DNA from: Oscillospiraceae bacterium
GTDB taxonomy: Bacteria > Bacillota > Clostridia > Oscillospirales > Acutalibacteraceae
Length of the DNA: 38,761 nucleotides
Direction: 5' to 3'
NCBI GenBank assembly: GCA_029004655.1
Contig: JAQVYP010000001.1
Coordinates: 1 to 38,761 of the forward strand
The position numbers were made by a program, and so were the translations under genes. Below the pieces are notes generated by a model. The model ran no database searches. It had not been told where the DNA came from and saw only the letters and a program-made list of their open reading frames with translations. Below, one piece after another: positions 18,094 to 27,546 of the stretch; position 1 is the first letter of the stretch; the number at the start of each line of letters is the position of its first letter.

Positions 18094-18251
18094 AAAATAA
18101 TATAATGCTAACAAGGTTACAGATTAAACCATATTGCGGCGAAACAGCGTGTTTTAGCGTTTCAGCCAATGTTTTGGCTGTAGCTCGATAGCTTTTATAT
18201 ACATAATTTTGCGCTGTATTCAGTTAATGAAACAGCAGCAAGGAGAATATT

Positions 18252-18881
18252 ATGAAAAAAAACAACTCGCAAAAAACTCAGAGATTGGTATTGTTTTCAA
18301 TTTTTGCCGCTATTCTTGTAGTAATGAGTGCTACACCACTTGGATACTTGAGAATTGGTGCTTTGGCCATTTCTTTCCTTACCATTCCGGTTACTATCGG
18401 CGCAGTACTATTGGGACCCATAAGTGGTGCAACATTGGGATTATTATTTGGACTTACAAGCTTTTTCCAATGCTTTGGTTTCTTGTTTTGGCCTATAGAC
18501 CCATTGGGATCTGCACTTTTCGCAATCAATCCCATATATATGACGATAGTATGTATCGTTCCAAGGGTACTTATGGGATTACTAGTAGGATTAATTTTTA
18601 AGGCAATCCGTAAAGTTGATAAGACGGATACTATGAGCTATGCTGTTGCAAGTTTGTCCGGATCGGTTTTAAACACAATTCTATTTATATCAACTCTTTT
18701 ATTGTTTTTTTACAACACAAATGAAATCCAGGCGTATGTTACTCAACTAAACGCAAAAAATGTATTCGTATTTGCGGCGTTATTTGTTGGAATTAATGCA
18801 GTTTTTGAAGCACTCGTAGCATTCATTGTATCATTCCCAGTAACAAAAGCAGTTGCAAGATATTCAAAAAGATTTGCATAG
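18252..18881 (+). CDS. ECF transporter S component (substrate unknown; PanT-like by context)
   Basis: 209 aa with ~6 TMs and a motif region LTIPVTIGAVLLGPISGATLGLLFGLTSF typical of ECF S components. No adjacent ecfA/ecfT. Its position next to coaX suggests pantothenate, but this is only context. Confidence 0.65.
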   Translation: MKKNNSQKTQRLVLFSIFAAILVVMSATPLGYLRIGALAISFLTIPVTIGAVLLGPISGATLGLLFGLTSFFQCFGFLFWPIDPLGSALFAINPIYMTIVCIVPRVLMGLLVGLIFKAIRKVDKTDTMSYAVASLSGSVLNTILFISTLLLFFYNTNEIQAYVTQLNAKNVFVFAALFVGINAVFEALVAFIVSFPVTKAVARYSKRFA

Positions 18882-18914
18882 TTTTATCTTTACCAATCAC
18901 AACTATAATTGCTA

Positions 18915-19071
18915 ATACTAATTCCAATTAAAAAGTGACCAAGATTTGCGAGGATTTTGTTTGTGAGACAAGGCGGAGGACGAAGGCGGGCTATTGCCCG
19001 CCGAGAACGACAACGCAATCTCGCAAACAAAAGACCGCGAAGATTGGTTGGTTTTTATTTGGAATTAGTAT
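18915..19071 (+). repeat. Copy 4 of the 157-bp long-hairpin element
   Basis: Same orientation as copy 1, with 4 differences out of 157 (one in the apical loop, three in the right arm). Located 33 nt after the S-component stop. Confidence 0.9.
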
Positions 19072-19086
19072 AATACAACTTGGCAT

Positions 19087-19134
19087 AAAAAATCCCTCAA
19101 CCTCAGTTTTTTAAGCTGAGATTGGGGGATTTTT
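19087..19134. terminator. Bidirectional intrinsic terminator (ECF-S gene / VanY-like gene)
   Basis: AAAAAATCCCTCAACCTCAG - loop - CTGAGATTGGGGGATTTT, with flanking A and T runs. Confidence 0.6.
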
Positions 19135-19155
19135 ATAACATCGGATATTTATGAT

Positions 19156-20115
19156 TTAATCAACTTTATTCGTCAAATATTTAGCCCAATATTCTTCAAG
19201 GCACAAGCCTTCATCATGCATGGTTTTCGCCACTTCTTTGCCTACATAGCGATAGTGCCATGCTTCATATTGATATCCTGTTATATCAACCTTATCCTTT
19301 GGGAATCTTAGCACAAATCCATATTCATGGGCGTGGACTAGCATCCAGTTAAATTCAGCAGTATTCTCAAAATAGTTTAAATCATAGCCACCTTTTGGAG
19401 ATACGCCGCCTAAATCCATTGCCAGACCTGTTTGATGCTCGGAATATCCAGCACGTGCCGAATATGTGTCGGCAGCCGCTTTACCGTCGGTGTTTACATA
19501 ATTTGTATACAGACTGTTCTGCCAGGCATAATCACGGAAAGACGTGGTTATTTTAATGCTGAGTCCCTCTTTTGAGGCGGCAGTTCCAAGCTCATTCAAG
19601 GCGTTATTCGCCTCTTTGCGAAGCTTTGTTGAGGTTGTTCTGCCCATATATTGCGAATCCACATTAACCAAATCGTGCGGTATATATGTTGACGATAAAT
19701 AATGATATTTATTGCACAACACCAGCAAATCGTCCGGATTTTGAATTGCAGTATCATTAGTATAAAACTCATTATCAAGTCCGATATTGACTTTTAAAAC
19801 CACATCAGTATACGGCAACCCACTGTTAATCGCCTTGTACGCACGATAGCGATCAGCGTTGGCAGGCACAAAATTGGTGAGACTAGTTGCAGATTCCAAG
19901 GAATCTTCATCCACACTTTTAGATGATGTTTGACCCCAGCCGACTAAACTCGAATCAGACTGTCCTGAAGAATTATTGGCTTGCACAGAAGAATTTTCAG
20001 ATACATCCAAATTTCTACAAGATTTTATTATTAAAATTGTAATAATAACAATAATACACAAAAGAATAAATATTGGCGCTTTGCGTAAACGTCTGCGTTT
20101 TTTTCTATTAGCCAT
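19156..20115 (-). CDS. D-alanyl-D-alanine carboxypeptidase, VanY / peptidase M15B family, membrane anchored
   Basis: Basic N-terminus plus a TM (APIFILLCIIVIITILII). Zn motifs are SEHQTGLAMD and EAWHYRYVG. I prefer the ATG at 20115 (MANRKKRRR) with a GGGG RBS. The track ORF starts at a GTG at 20127. Confidence 0.82.
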   Translation of the reverse strand: MANRKKRRRLRKAPIFILLCIIVIITILIIKSCRNLDVSENSSVQANNSSGQSDSSLVGWGQTSSKSVDEDSLESATSLTNFVPANADRYRAYKAINSGLPYTDVVLKVNIGLDNEFYTNDTAIQNPDDLLVLCNKYHYLSSTYIPHDLVNVDSQYMGRTTSTKLRKEANNALNELGTAASKEGLSIKITTSFRDYAWQNSLYTNYVNTDGKAAADTYSARAGYSEHQTGLAMDLGGVSPKGGYDLNYFENTAEFNWMLVHAHEYGFVLRFPKDKVDITGYQYEAWHYRYVGKEVAKTMHDEGLCLEEYWAKYLTNKVD

Positions 20116-20325
20116 ATCCAACCCCACTTTTAATATATTTAATTATTGTAATACCTTATATTAAAATACGCAACAGTAAACAAGTAAAATATCCCGTGCA
20201 AAAAATATTTTAATGTGATATAATAACCTCATAATTGAGGTTGTTATAGATTCCGTAAAAATTTAAGCGTATTTAATATGCTTCTATTATACATCTTCTC
20301 TGCTTAAACAAGGAGTGTAAATATA

Positions 20326-22887
20326 ATGAAACTTTTGGCAATTGACGGCAACAGTGTAATAAATCGTGCTTTCTACGGTATCAAACTGCTTACTACCAAA
20401 GATGGGCAATATACGAATGGAATCTATGGTTTTGTTAATATTCTTAATAAGTTAATTGAACTTGAGAATCCCGATGCAGTTGCAGTCGCTTTTGATTTGC
20501 GCAGCCCAACCTTCAGACACAAAAAATATGCAGCATACAAGGCCGGAAGAAAAGGCATGCCTGATGAGCTCGCAGCACAGCTTCCGATTTTAAAACAGCT
20601 TTTGACAGCATTCGGTTACTCATGCCTTGAGGTCGAAAGCTATGAAGCTGATGATATTCTCGGCACGTTGTCGTTGCTTGGTGAACAATCAGGAAACGAA
20701 TGTGTGATAGCGACCGGAGACCGTGATTCATTGCAGCTTGTGTCGGACAAAACCAAGGTTTTGCTTGCCACCACGAAAATGGGCCGTCCTGATGTTACGT
20801 CATACGGTCCCGAAGAAATCATGGAAAAATACCAGGTGTCACCCAAAGGATTAATAGAAATCAAGGCACTTCAGGGAGATGCCTCAGACAATATTCCCGG
20901 CGTTGCCGGCATTGGCGAGAAAACTGCCGGTGACCTTATATCTCGTTTTGCTAACATTGATTATATATATGATAATCTTGACACTTTGGATATTAAAGAA
21001 GGTGTTCGTGCAAAGCTTGCCGCTGGACGTGACAACGCTTTCCTTAGCCGTGAATTAGGCACAATTTACCGTACCGTTCCTATTAATTCGGATTATGAGT
21101 CTTATAAAATTGCCCCCAGAGACGACAATTCTCTCGCGGGACTTTTGTGCAAGCTAGAGTTCTTTAAGCTTGCAGAAAAAATGGGGCTAACCAATATTGC
21201 GGTAAAACCTGATGAATCAGAGGCGCAAAAGCCGTTGACAATCACCGCTGACAGCCTCGAGCTGATTGCAAAAATCAAATCCTCGGGCACCTGCGACTGC
21301 GTTCTTTCTGCTGACAAAAATCAGCTTTGCATAAAAGCAAAAACAATTGTCGGCAGCTTATCTTTTTCTGATAATGTGGTTGACATAAAGCAATTGCTTT
21401 GTGATGAAAAAATTCGGAAACGTGTTCACAATTCCAAAGAACTTTTCAGATGGTGCATTAAAAACAACATTGATGTCAAAGGAATTGATTTTGACACACA
21501 GCTTGCCGCCTATTTGCTTAACCCTTCCTCAAACAATTATGATACTGACCGATTGGTTAATGAATATGCTATTAATGTTCCTCTGCTTGAGGCTGAAAAT
21601 GCTGCCCTAGCGGCCGCCCACAGTGCTGTGTGTGACTGTTTGGAAAGGAATATTGAAAGTGCCGGTCAATCATCTCTTTTGACAGACATTGAAATTCCAC
21701 TTGCCAAGGTTTTAGCAGGGATGGAACTTGAAGGGTTTTTGGTTGACACTGCCGGAATAACAGAATATGGGAATCAATTATCCGAGCGTATAAATGAACT
21801 TCAAAAATTTGTTTGGAATGAAGTTGGTTATGAGTTTAACCTTAATTCGCCTAAACAGCTTGGTGAAGCGTTGTTTGTTAAACTGGGTCTTCCGAGCAAA
21901 AAGAAAACCAAAAGCGGTTTTTCCACAAATGCCGAGGTGTTGGAGGGGTTAAAATTCGAGCATCCGGCTGTTGAGCATCTTTTGGAATATCGACAACTCA
22001 CAAAATTAAAGTCAACCTATTGTGATGGACTTACTCATTCGGTTGATGCTGATGGTAGAATTCGTTCAACGCTTAACCAAACCGAAACTAGGACAGGCAG
22101 AATAAGCTCTACTGAACCTAATTTACAAAATATTCCTGTTCGCCGTGCAGAAGGACGTCAGCTGCGCAAATACTTTAAAGCTAAAGACGGATATGTTTTA
22201 TGCGACGCCGATTATTCACAAATCGAGCTAAGGGTTCTGGCACACATAGCCAACGACACCCAAATGATTGATGCATTTAAGAACGATGTTGACATTCACA
22301 CTCTTACTGCAAGTGAAGTGTTTGATATGCCAATTGACATGGTCACACCGCTCATGAGAAGTCGCGCAAAAGCTGTTAATTTTGGTATTGTTTACGGAAT
22401 CGGAGCGTTTTCGCTTTCTAAGGATATCGGGGTTACTCGTGCCGAGGCAGATAAATATATAAAAGAATATCTTAACACTTATGCTCAAGTTAAGGAATAC
22501 ATGGTGAATGTTGTTGAAGATGCTAAAAGAGACGGTCATGTTACCACCATATTTGGCCGCCGCCGTTTGTTGCCAGAACTGCGTGGAAGCAACGGAATAA
22601 TGAGGGCGTTTGGCGAGAGAGTAGCACGCAACATGCCGATTCAAGGTGCCGCTGCCGATATTATCAAAATTGCAATGATAAAGGTCAGCAACCGCCTCCT
22701 GAAAGAACTGCCGCAGGCGCATATTATTATGCAGGTTCACGATGAACTTATTATTGAGGCACCGGAATCCAAAAGTGAGCTTGCAAGCAAAATAGTAAAA
22801 GAAGAAATGGAGAATGCTGCTAATCTCCGTGTTCCGCTTATTGCCGATGTGCATTGCGGTAAAACATGGTTTGAAGCAAAGGAGTAG
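20326..22887 (+). CDS. polA: DNA polymerase I
   Basis: 853 aa. Has a 5' nuclease domain (LLAIDGNSVINRAFY, GDRDSLQL, GVAGIGEKTA) and polymerase motifs A (DYSQIELRVLAH), B (RSRAKAVNFGIVYG) and C (QVHDEL). Confidence 0.95.
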   Translation: MKLLAIDGNSVINRAFYGIKLLTTKDGQYTNGIYGFVNILNKLIELENPDAVAVAFDLRSPTFRHKKYAAYKAGRKGMPDELAAQLPILKQLLTAFGYSCLEVESYEADDILGTLSLLGEQSGNECVIATGDRDSLQLVSDKTKVLLATTKMGRPDVTSYGPEEIMEKYQVSPKGLIEIKALQGDASDNIPGVAGIGEKTAGDLISRFANIDYIYDNLDTLDIKEGVRAKLAAGRDNAFLSRELGTIYRTVPINSDYESYKIAPRDDNSLAGLLCKLEFFKLAEKMGLTNIAVKPDESEAQKPLTITADSLELIAKIKSSGTCDCVLSADKNQLCIKAKTIVGSLSFSDNVVDIKQLLCDEKIRKRVHNSKELFRWCIKNNIDVKGIDFDTQLAAYLLNPSSNNYDTDRLVNEYAINVPLLEAENAALAAAHSAVCDCLERNIESAGQSSLLTDIEIPLAKVLAGMELEGFLVDTAGITEYGNQLSERINELQKFVWNEVGYEFNLNSPKQLGEALFVKLGLPSKKKTKSGFSTNAEVLEGLKFEHPAVEHLLEYRQLTKLKSTYCDGLTHSVDADGRIRSTLNQTETRTGRISSTEPNLQNIPVRRAEGRQLRKYFKAKDGYVLCDADYSQIELRVLAHIANDTQMIDAFKNDVDIHTLTASEVFDMPIDMVTPLMRSRAKAVNFGIVYGIGAFSLSKDIGVTRAEADKYIKEYLNTYAQVKEYMVNVVEDAKRDGHVTTIFGRRRLLPELRGSNGIMRAFGERVARNMPIQGAAADIIKIAMIKVSNRLLKELPQAHIIMQVHDELIIEAPESKSELASKIVKEEMENAANLRVPLIADVHCGKTWFEAKE

Positions 22888-22893
22888 TTGAAA

Positions 22894-23667
22894 ATGGAAA
22901 TCAAAAAGCTTTACAAATTCGGAAAATTAAAAGCGCTTACATTGAGTTATGACGACGGCACTGTTCACGACATTCGCTTGAGCAAAATACTTGATAAGTA
23001 TGGCATCAAATGCACCTTTAATCTCAATTCCTCACATGTAAAAAACCGCAATGAATCGGGCGAATTTCCTTTGGAAGTTGCAAAGGAATGTTTCAAAAAC
23101 CACGAAGTTGCCATGCACATGGTTAATCATCCGCATCCCACACAAATCGATGACCAACAACTTGAATTTGAAATTGCGGAAGATAAGCGTGCGTTAAGTG
23201 AATATTTTGATAGAGACGTTCGCGGGATGGCATATCCATTTGGAGATTACAACGACCACATAATAGCAATGCTTGAAAAATACGGTGTAGCATATTCACG
23301 CACAACAAAGAACATGTTTGACTTTTCTTTGCCGGAGAATTTTCTTGAATGGCACTCAACCTGTCACCACAACAACCCGGAATTGCAGCCGCTGGTTAAT
23401 AAATTTTTAAACAGTGACCGTGAGCTTGCTCTTTTCTATTTGTGGGGACATTCTTATGAATTTGAAAGAAACAACAATTGGAATGTGATTGAAGAATTTT
23501 GCGAATCTATTTGCTCAAAAGAAGATGTCTGGTATGCTACAAACATTGAAATTTATGATTACATACAGGCTATGAATCAGCTAATTATAACAGAAAACGG
23601 TGAAATTATTAATCCAACTGATACCAAACTTTTCGTATCGGTAGATGGAACTTTAAAGGAAGTGTAG
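22894..23667 (+). CDS. Polysaccharide deacetylase (NodB-homology) family protein
   Basis: ALTLSYDDGTVHD (the DD metal/catalytic motif), then HMVNHPH and GMAYPFG. ATG at 22894 with RBS AAGGAG. No signal peptide seen. Confidence 0.7.
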   Translation: MEIKKLYKFGKLKALTLSYDDGTVHDIRLSKILDKYGIKCTFNLNSSHVKNRNESGEFPLEVAKECFKNHEVAMHMVNHPHPTQIDDQQLEFEIAEDKRALSEYFDRDVRGMAYPFGDYNDHIIAMLEKYGVAYSRTTKNMFDFSLPENFLEWHSTCHHNNPELQPLVNKFLNSDRELALFYLWGHSYEFERNNNWNVIEEFCESICSKEDVWYATNIEIYDYIQAMNQLIITENGEIINPTDTKLFVSVDGTLKEV

Positions 23668-23675
23668 TTTGATTT

Positions 23676-24107
23676 ATGTGCGCTCTGAAAACCGTTGTTT
23701 TTGTCTGTACAGGAAACACCTGCCGCAGTCAAATGGCAGCTGCTCTTTTTTGCGACAATATGTCAGAGTTATATGCAGAGCAAGTAATGGCTTGCAGTGC
23801 AGGATTGATGGCTCACGCCGGCGACCCTCCGGCAGCAAATGCCGTTTTGGCAATGGCTCAATTAGGAATTAATATAACGGCAAATCGTGCATCTAACCTT
23901 AATGCCGAATTGTTGGAAAATACTGACCTCTTTGTTTGCATGGAGGCATCTCATGTAGAATATCTTAGGAGAGCCGGAGTTCCTGCGGAAAAACTTATGA
24001 ACCTAGATATTAGCGACCCGTATGGTGGTGATCTCGAAACTTATTTGAAATGCCGCGACTTAATTTCCTCAAAATTGCCGAGCGTTTACGAAAGGTTGGG
24101 CGTTTAA
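23676..24107 (+). CDS. Low-molecular-weight protein phosphatase (tyrosine/arginine; YwlE-like)
   Basis: 143 aa with the P-loop VFVCTGNTCRSQMA (CX5R-S) and a C-terminal DPYG (Asp loop). Confidence 0.85.
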   Translation: MCALKTVVFVCTGNTCRSQMAAALFCDNMSELYAEQVMACSAGLMAHAGDPPAANAVLAMAQLGINITANRASNLNAELLENTDLFVCMEASHVEYLRRAGVPAEKLMNLDISDPYGGDLETYLKCRDLISSKLPSVYERLGV

Positions 24108-24544
24108 TGGAATTTCGAGTCGTCGATTTCACCCCTGAAATGGCACCGGAGCTTGCAAACATTGAGCGCAGCTGCTTTTCTTCACCTTGGTCAGAGGAAA
24201 CCATAATTTCTTCATATGAATTTAATACCACTTTTTTTGTGGCATGTTTCGGCAAAGAGATAATTGGATATGGTGGCGTGCAATCGATTGCAAATGAAGG
24301 CTATATTACTAATATTGCTGTTTTACCAGAATTCAGAAATTTCAAAATCGGCACAACACTTTTTAAGCGTATTATAGATTTTTGCACTGAAAACCGGCTT
24401 TATTTGCTCACCCTTGAGGTTCGAAAATCTAACAAAACTGCCATTCATCTTTATGAAAATTTTGGTTTGTGTGATGTTGGCATTCGCAAAAACTTTTACA
24501 CAAATCCAACTGAAGACGCTGTTATCATGACCGTAAACTTTTAA
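24107..24544 (+). CDS. rimI: Ribosomal-protein-alanine N-acetyltransferase (GNAT)
   Basis: The ATG at 24107 overlaps the preceding TAA (TAATG). GNAT core ITNIAVLPEFRNFKIGTTLF. Positioned directly upstream of tsaD as in many bacteria. Confidence 0.78.
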   Translation: MEFRVVDFTPEMAPELANIERSCFSSPWSEETIISSYEFNTTFFVACFGKEIIGYGGVQSIANEGYITNIAVLPEFRNFKIGTTLFKRIIDFCTENRLYLLTLEVRKSNKTAIHLYENFGLCDVGIRKNFYTNPTEDAVIMTVNF

Positions 24545-24563
24545 CTTGAAGGACAGAATAGTT

Positions 24564-25571
24564 TTGAATATATTAAGTATTGAATCATCTTGTGACGAAA
24601 CCTCCGCAGCGATTGTTTGTGGCCGAAATGTACTGTCAAATGTCGTGGCAACACAAATCGAACGTCACAGAATTTTCGGCGGAGTTGTTCCGGAAATTGC
24701 TTCCCGCATGCATACAGAATCCATTTCTCAAGTAGTAAAACAGGCAATTGAAGAATCTGGTCTCAGCCAAAGCGACATTGACGCTGTTGCCGTTACCTTT
24801 GCTCCCGGTCTCATTGGTGCTTTATTGGTGGGTGTGAATTTTGCCAAGGGCCTTGCACTGTCTCTGGATGTGCCGCTTATTCCTGTTCATCATTTGCGTT
24901 CGCATATTGCAGCAAACTATATCGCTCACCAAGATTTAAAACCACCATTTTTATGTTTGATGGTTTCCGGGGGGAACAGTCATATAGTTGAGGTGCTTGA
25001 CTACACTAAATTTAAAATAATCGGTCGGACTCGTGACGATGCTGCCGGTGAATGTTTTGACAAAGCGGCGAGGGCTATGGGTTTACCATATCCCGGCGGC
25101 ATTATTCTGGATAAAATTGCAGATGCCTCTAAAGCCGATATGTATAAGCTTCCGCATCCGAGAGTAGAAGGCAACGAACTCGATTTTTCCTTTTCCGGAC
25201 TTAAAACGGCAGTGGTTAATTTAATTCATAATGCTGACCAAAAGGGTCAGGAAATTGATAAACCCGCCCTTGCCGGTTCTCTTAGAAAAAAAGTGTGTGA
25301 CATGCTTATAGAAAACACATTAAAAGCCGCCACGCTTACAGGTCACAAAACAATTGCTCTTGCCGGCGGTGTTTCCGCAAACAGTGAGCTTCGTGAGAGA
25401 ATGGAAACCCTGTGCGCTAAGCGTGGAATTAAGTTATATTATCCGCCTCTAAACTATTGCGGCGACAATGGTGCAATGGTTGGTGTGCAAGCATTTTATG
25501 AATTTGAATCCGGCAACATTGCCGATTCATCACTTAATGCAGCCGCTACTCTTTCTATAGATTACAGATAA
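24564..25571 (+). CDS. tsaD: tRNA N6-adenosine threonylcarbamoyltransferase
   Basis: ILSIESSCDETSAAIV, the metal site VHHLRSHI, and GGVSAN. A TTG at 24564 (RBS AAGGA) is the likely start. The track ORF begins at a TTG at 24546. Confidence 0.92.
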   Translation: MNILSIESSCDETSAAIVCGRNVLSNVVATQIERHRIFGGVVPEIASRMHTESISQVVKQAIEESGLSQSDIDAVAVTFAPGLIGALLVGVNFAKGLALSLDVPLIPVHHLRSHIAANYIAHQDLKPPFLCLMVSGGNSHIVEVLDYTKFKIIGRTRDDAAGECFDKAARAMGLPYPGGIILDKIADASKADMYKLPHPRVEGNELDFSFSGLKTAVVNLIHNADQKGQEIDKPALAGSLRKKVCDMLIENTLKAATLTGHKTIALAGGVSANSELRERMETLCAKRGIKLYYPPLNYCGDNGAMVGVQAFYEFESGNIADSSLNAAATLSIDYR

Positions 25572-25639
25572 CATTATAAAATACAGTCACCCTTTATGGT
25601 TTATTATAAATTAACTGATTATAAAAATATTATCACAAT

Positions 25640-25683
25640 AAAAATACAGCCGTGCAATCAAATGATTGCACGGCTGTATTTTT
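25640..25683. terminator. Bidirectional intrinsic terminator (tsaD / DegV)
   Basis: AAAAATACAGCCGTGCAATC-AAAT-GATTGCACGGCTGTATTTTT, a perfect ~16-bp stem. Confidence 0.75.
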
Positions 25684-25692
25684 ATAATATAT

Positions 25693-26541
25693 TTAAAAGC
25701 TTACGATTATGCCACCGTCATTGGCATAAATTGTGCTGATTCCACTTGCGCGACAAATCACAGAGAAATTAAATTTGCAACTTTCCATAATATCATCGCA
25801 AACTTTTTTTGCTCTATCATAGCAATTGCAATGAGTAATGACCAATATCCTGCTTGCAGGATCAAATTCCTTACTCTTTTTTATAACTAGTTCAACCAAT
25901 TTTGAAAGTGCTTTGGAAGTTGTAAGCGCTTTTGCTCTGACTGCAATACTACCGTCAGGCTCAGCACCCATAACCATTTTAAGTTTTAGTGTGCTTGTGA
26001 CAATTGCCTGCAAGTGGTTTAGGCGTCCACTTTTTCTAAACACACTTAAATCTTCCAGCACAAACATAGTTTCAAGTGAATCAATGAAACTTTCAACCTG
26101 TGAAACCACTTGATTAAATTCCAAACCTTTGCTTGCCAGTTCATTGATTTTAAGGCAAATATCAACTTCCCCACATGCAGCCGATCGTGAATTAAACACA
26201 TAAATGTTTTTATTAGCATCGCTCTCTTTTAGCAAATCAGCACCCAATCTGGCACTGTTGTAAGAACCACTTAGCTTTTCAGAAAGAGTAACTACATATA
26301 TATCGTCCACTCCACAATTAAATGCATCAAAATAGTCTCCTGATGATGGACAAGCCGATTTTGGGGCTGAATCAGAAGCATCCATCTTTTTTAATAAATC
26401 TAAACAATCAAGTTTATCATCGTCACGGTATTCTACACCATCAAGCCCGATTGTTAGCTGGATTTTTGTTAACCACGAAATGTCACAAGTTTCATCCGGA
26501 TAATCGCAGCAGCTGTCTGCAAAGATTTTAAAATTCGACAT
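25693..26541 (-). CDS. DegV family fatty-acid-binding protein (FakB-like)
   Basis: 282 aa. N-terminus FKIFADSCCDYP, then SACPSSGDY and the overall DegV layout. Second of a tandem pair. Confidence 0.8.
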   Translation of the reverse strand: MSNFKIFADSCCDYPDETCDISWLTKIQLTIGLDGVEYRDDDKLDCLDLLKKMDASDSAPKSACPSSGDYFDAFNCGVDDIYVVTLSEKLSGSYNSARLGADLLKESDANKNIYVFNSRSAACGEVDICLKINELASKGLEFNQVVSQVESFIDSLETMFVLEDLSVFRKSGRLNHLQAIVTSTLKLKMVMGAEPDGSIAVRAKALTTSKALSKLVELVIKKSKEFDPASRILVITHCNCYDRAKKVCDDIMESCKFNFSVICRASGISTIYANDGGIIVSF

Positions 26542-26550
26542 ATATTTAAT

Positions 26551-27423
26551 TTACCTTTCTTTTCCAACAAAAAAGAGTGCCAAGGTCCCAGGACCGGAGT
26601 GTGCCCCAATTACAGGACCGACATGATTAATAACAACATCTTTGACGCCTATATTTTGCTTGATAAGGTCAGCAAGATATTTTGCATCTTCTTCACAGTC
26701 ACCATGACTGATGAAAATAGTCTGATCAGCAGAGTTAATAACTGTTGCTTCCATTTTTTCAACCATCTTATTGATTGAAGACTTGCGTCCTCTGGTTTTA
26801 TCCACATTAATCAATTTTCCCTCATTATCAACATGAAGAATCGGTTTAATATTCAGTGCACTTCCCAAAATAGCCGTTGCTGCAGAAACTCTGCCTCCGC
26901 GTTTAAGAAAGTGTAAATCATCAACAGTAAACCAATGGCACAAGTGCAGCTTGGTTTTCTCCACATAGTCACGCACTTCTTCTATTGTTTTTCCCTTTTT
27001 CTTTTCACCCGCTGCAAGATACACAAGCATTCCCTCTCCGAGAGATGCACTAAGCGAATCGACAGCATAAATCTTACGTTCAGGATATTTCTCGGCAAGA
27101 TCGTTAGCAGCCATTGCTCCGGAATTAAAGGTTCCGCTGAGTGCAGAAGAAAATCCAATATATAAAATGTCTTTCCCGGTTTCTAACAGATTATTCATTA
27201 AAGTCGTGAATTTATCAAGATTTACAGCAGAGGTTGTTGCCATTTTTTCTTCACGAAGTTTAGAATAAAAATCCGCCGGATTGATTTCTCTTCCGTCTAA
27301 ATAATTAGTATATGTGGTACCATCAATTAAAACTGAAAGAGGTGCAACTAATAATTCTAACTCTGTTGCGAGCTTTGCAGGCAGATCACATGCAGAATCC
27401 GTTACAATAACAAAATCACCCAT
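26551..27423 (-). CDS. DegV family fatty-acid-binding protein (FakB-like)
   Basis: ATG at 27423 (MGDFVIVTDSACDLP) with RBS AAGGAGA. TSAVNLDKF, SSALSGTFNS and GPGTLALFF are typical DegV blocks. Confidence 0.85.
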   Translation of the reverse strand: MGDFVIVTDSACDLPAKLATELELLVAPLSVLIDGTTYTNYLDGREINPADFYSKLREEKMATTSAVNLDKFTTLMNNLLETGKDILYIGFSSALSGTFNSGAMAANDLAEKYPERKIYAVDSLSASLGEGMLVYLAAGEKKKGKTIEEVRDYVEKTKLHLCHWFTVDDLHFLKRGGRVSAATAILGSALNIKPILHVDNEGKLINVDKTRGRKSSINKMVEKMEATVINSADQTIFISHGDCEEDAKYLADLIKQNIGVKDVVINHVGPVIGAHSGPGTLALFFVGKER

Positions 27424-27461
27424 AAATTTATTTCTCCTTACTTCTAGCAAACTGTCTAGTG

Positions 27462-27478
27462 GGTTAACAGTGTTAACC
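27462..27478. promoter_or_regulatory. Perfect 17-bp palindrome: candidate TetR operator of the DegV pair
   Basis: GGTTAACAGTGTTAACC is 8+1+8 perfect dyad symmetry, extendable to AGTgGGTTAAC.GTTAACCtACT. It lies just downstream of the predicted -10, about 40 nt upstream of the DegV ATG. Confidence 0.5.
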
Positions 27479-27484
27479 TACTGG

Positions 27485-27513
27485 ATTTTAGCATAAAATT
27501 TACATTCTGTCAA
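27485..27513 (-). promoter_or_regulatory. Sigma-A promoter of the DegV-DegV unit
   Basis: On the minus strand: TTGACA (27513-27508), a 17-nt spacer, then TAAAAT (27490-27485). Confidence 0.5.
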
Positions 27514-27546
27514 CCATATCATGTCGAGAGCGATGATCGAAAATTG

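Noticed and set aside
9701-19071. Whether the repeated 157-bp units could be a CRISPR array or integron attC sites.
   Set aside because: The copies are kilobases apart, separated by housekeeping genes, and occur in both orientations. They are far longer than CRISPR repeats. No cas or intI genes are present, and the termini do not match the attC R'/R'' (GTTRRRY) cores.
22228-22854. 208-aa antisense ORF inside polA.
   Set aside because: It lies opposite the highly conserved polymerase motifs A-C, has no family resemblance, and looks like a typical AT-rich shadow frame.
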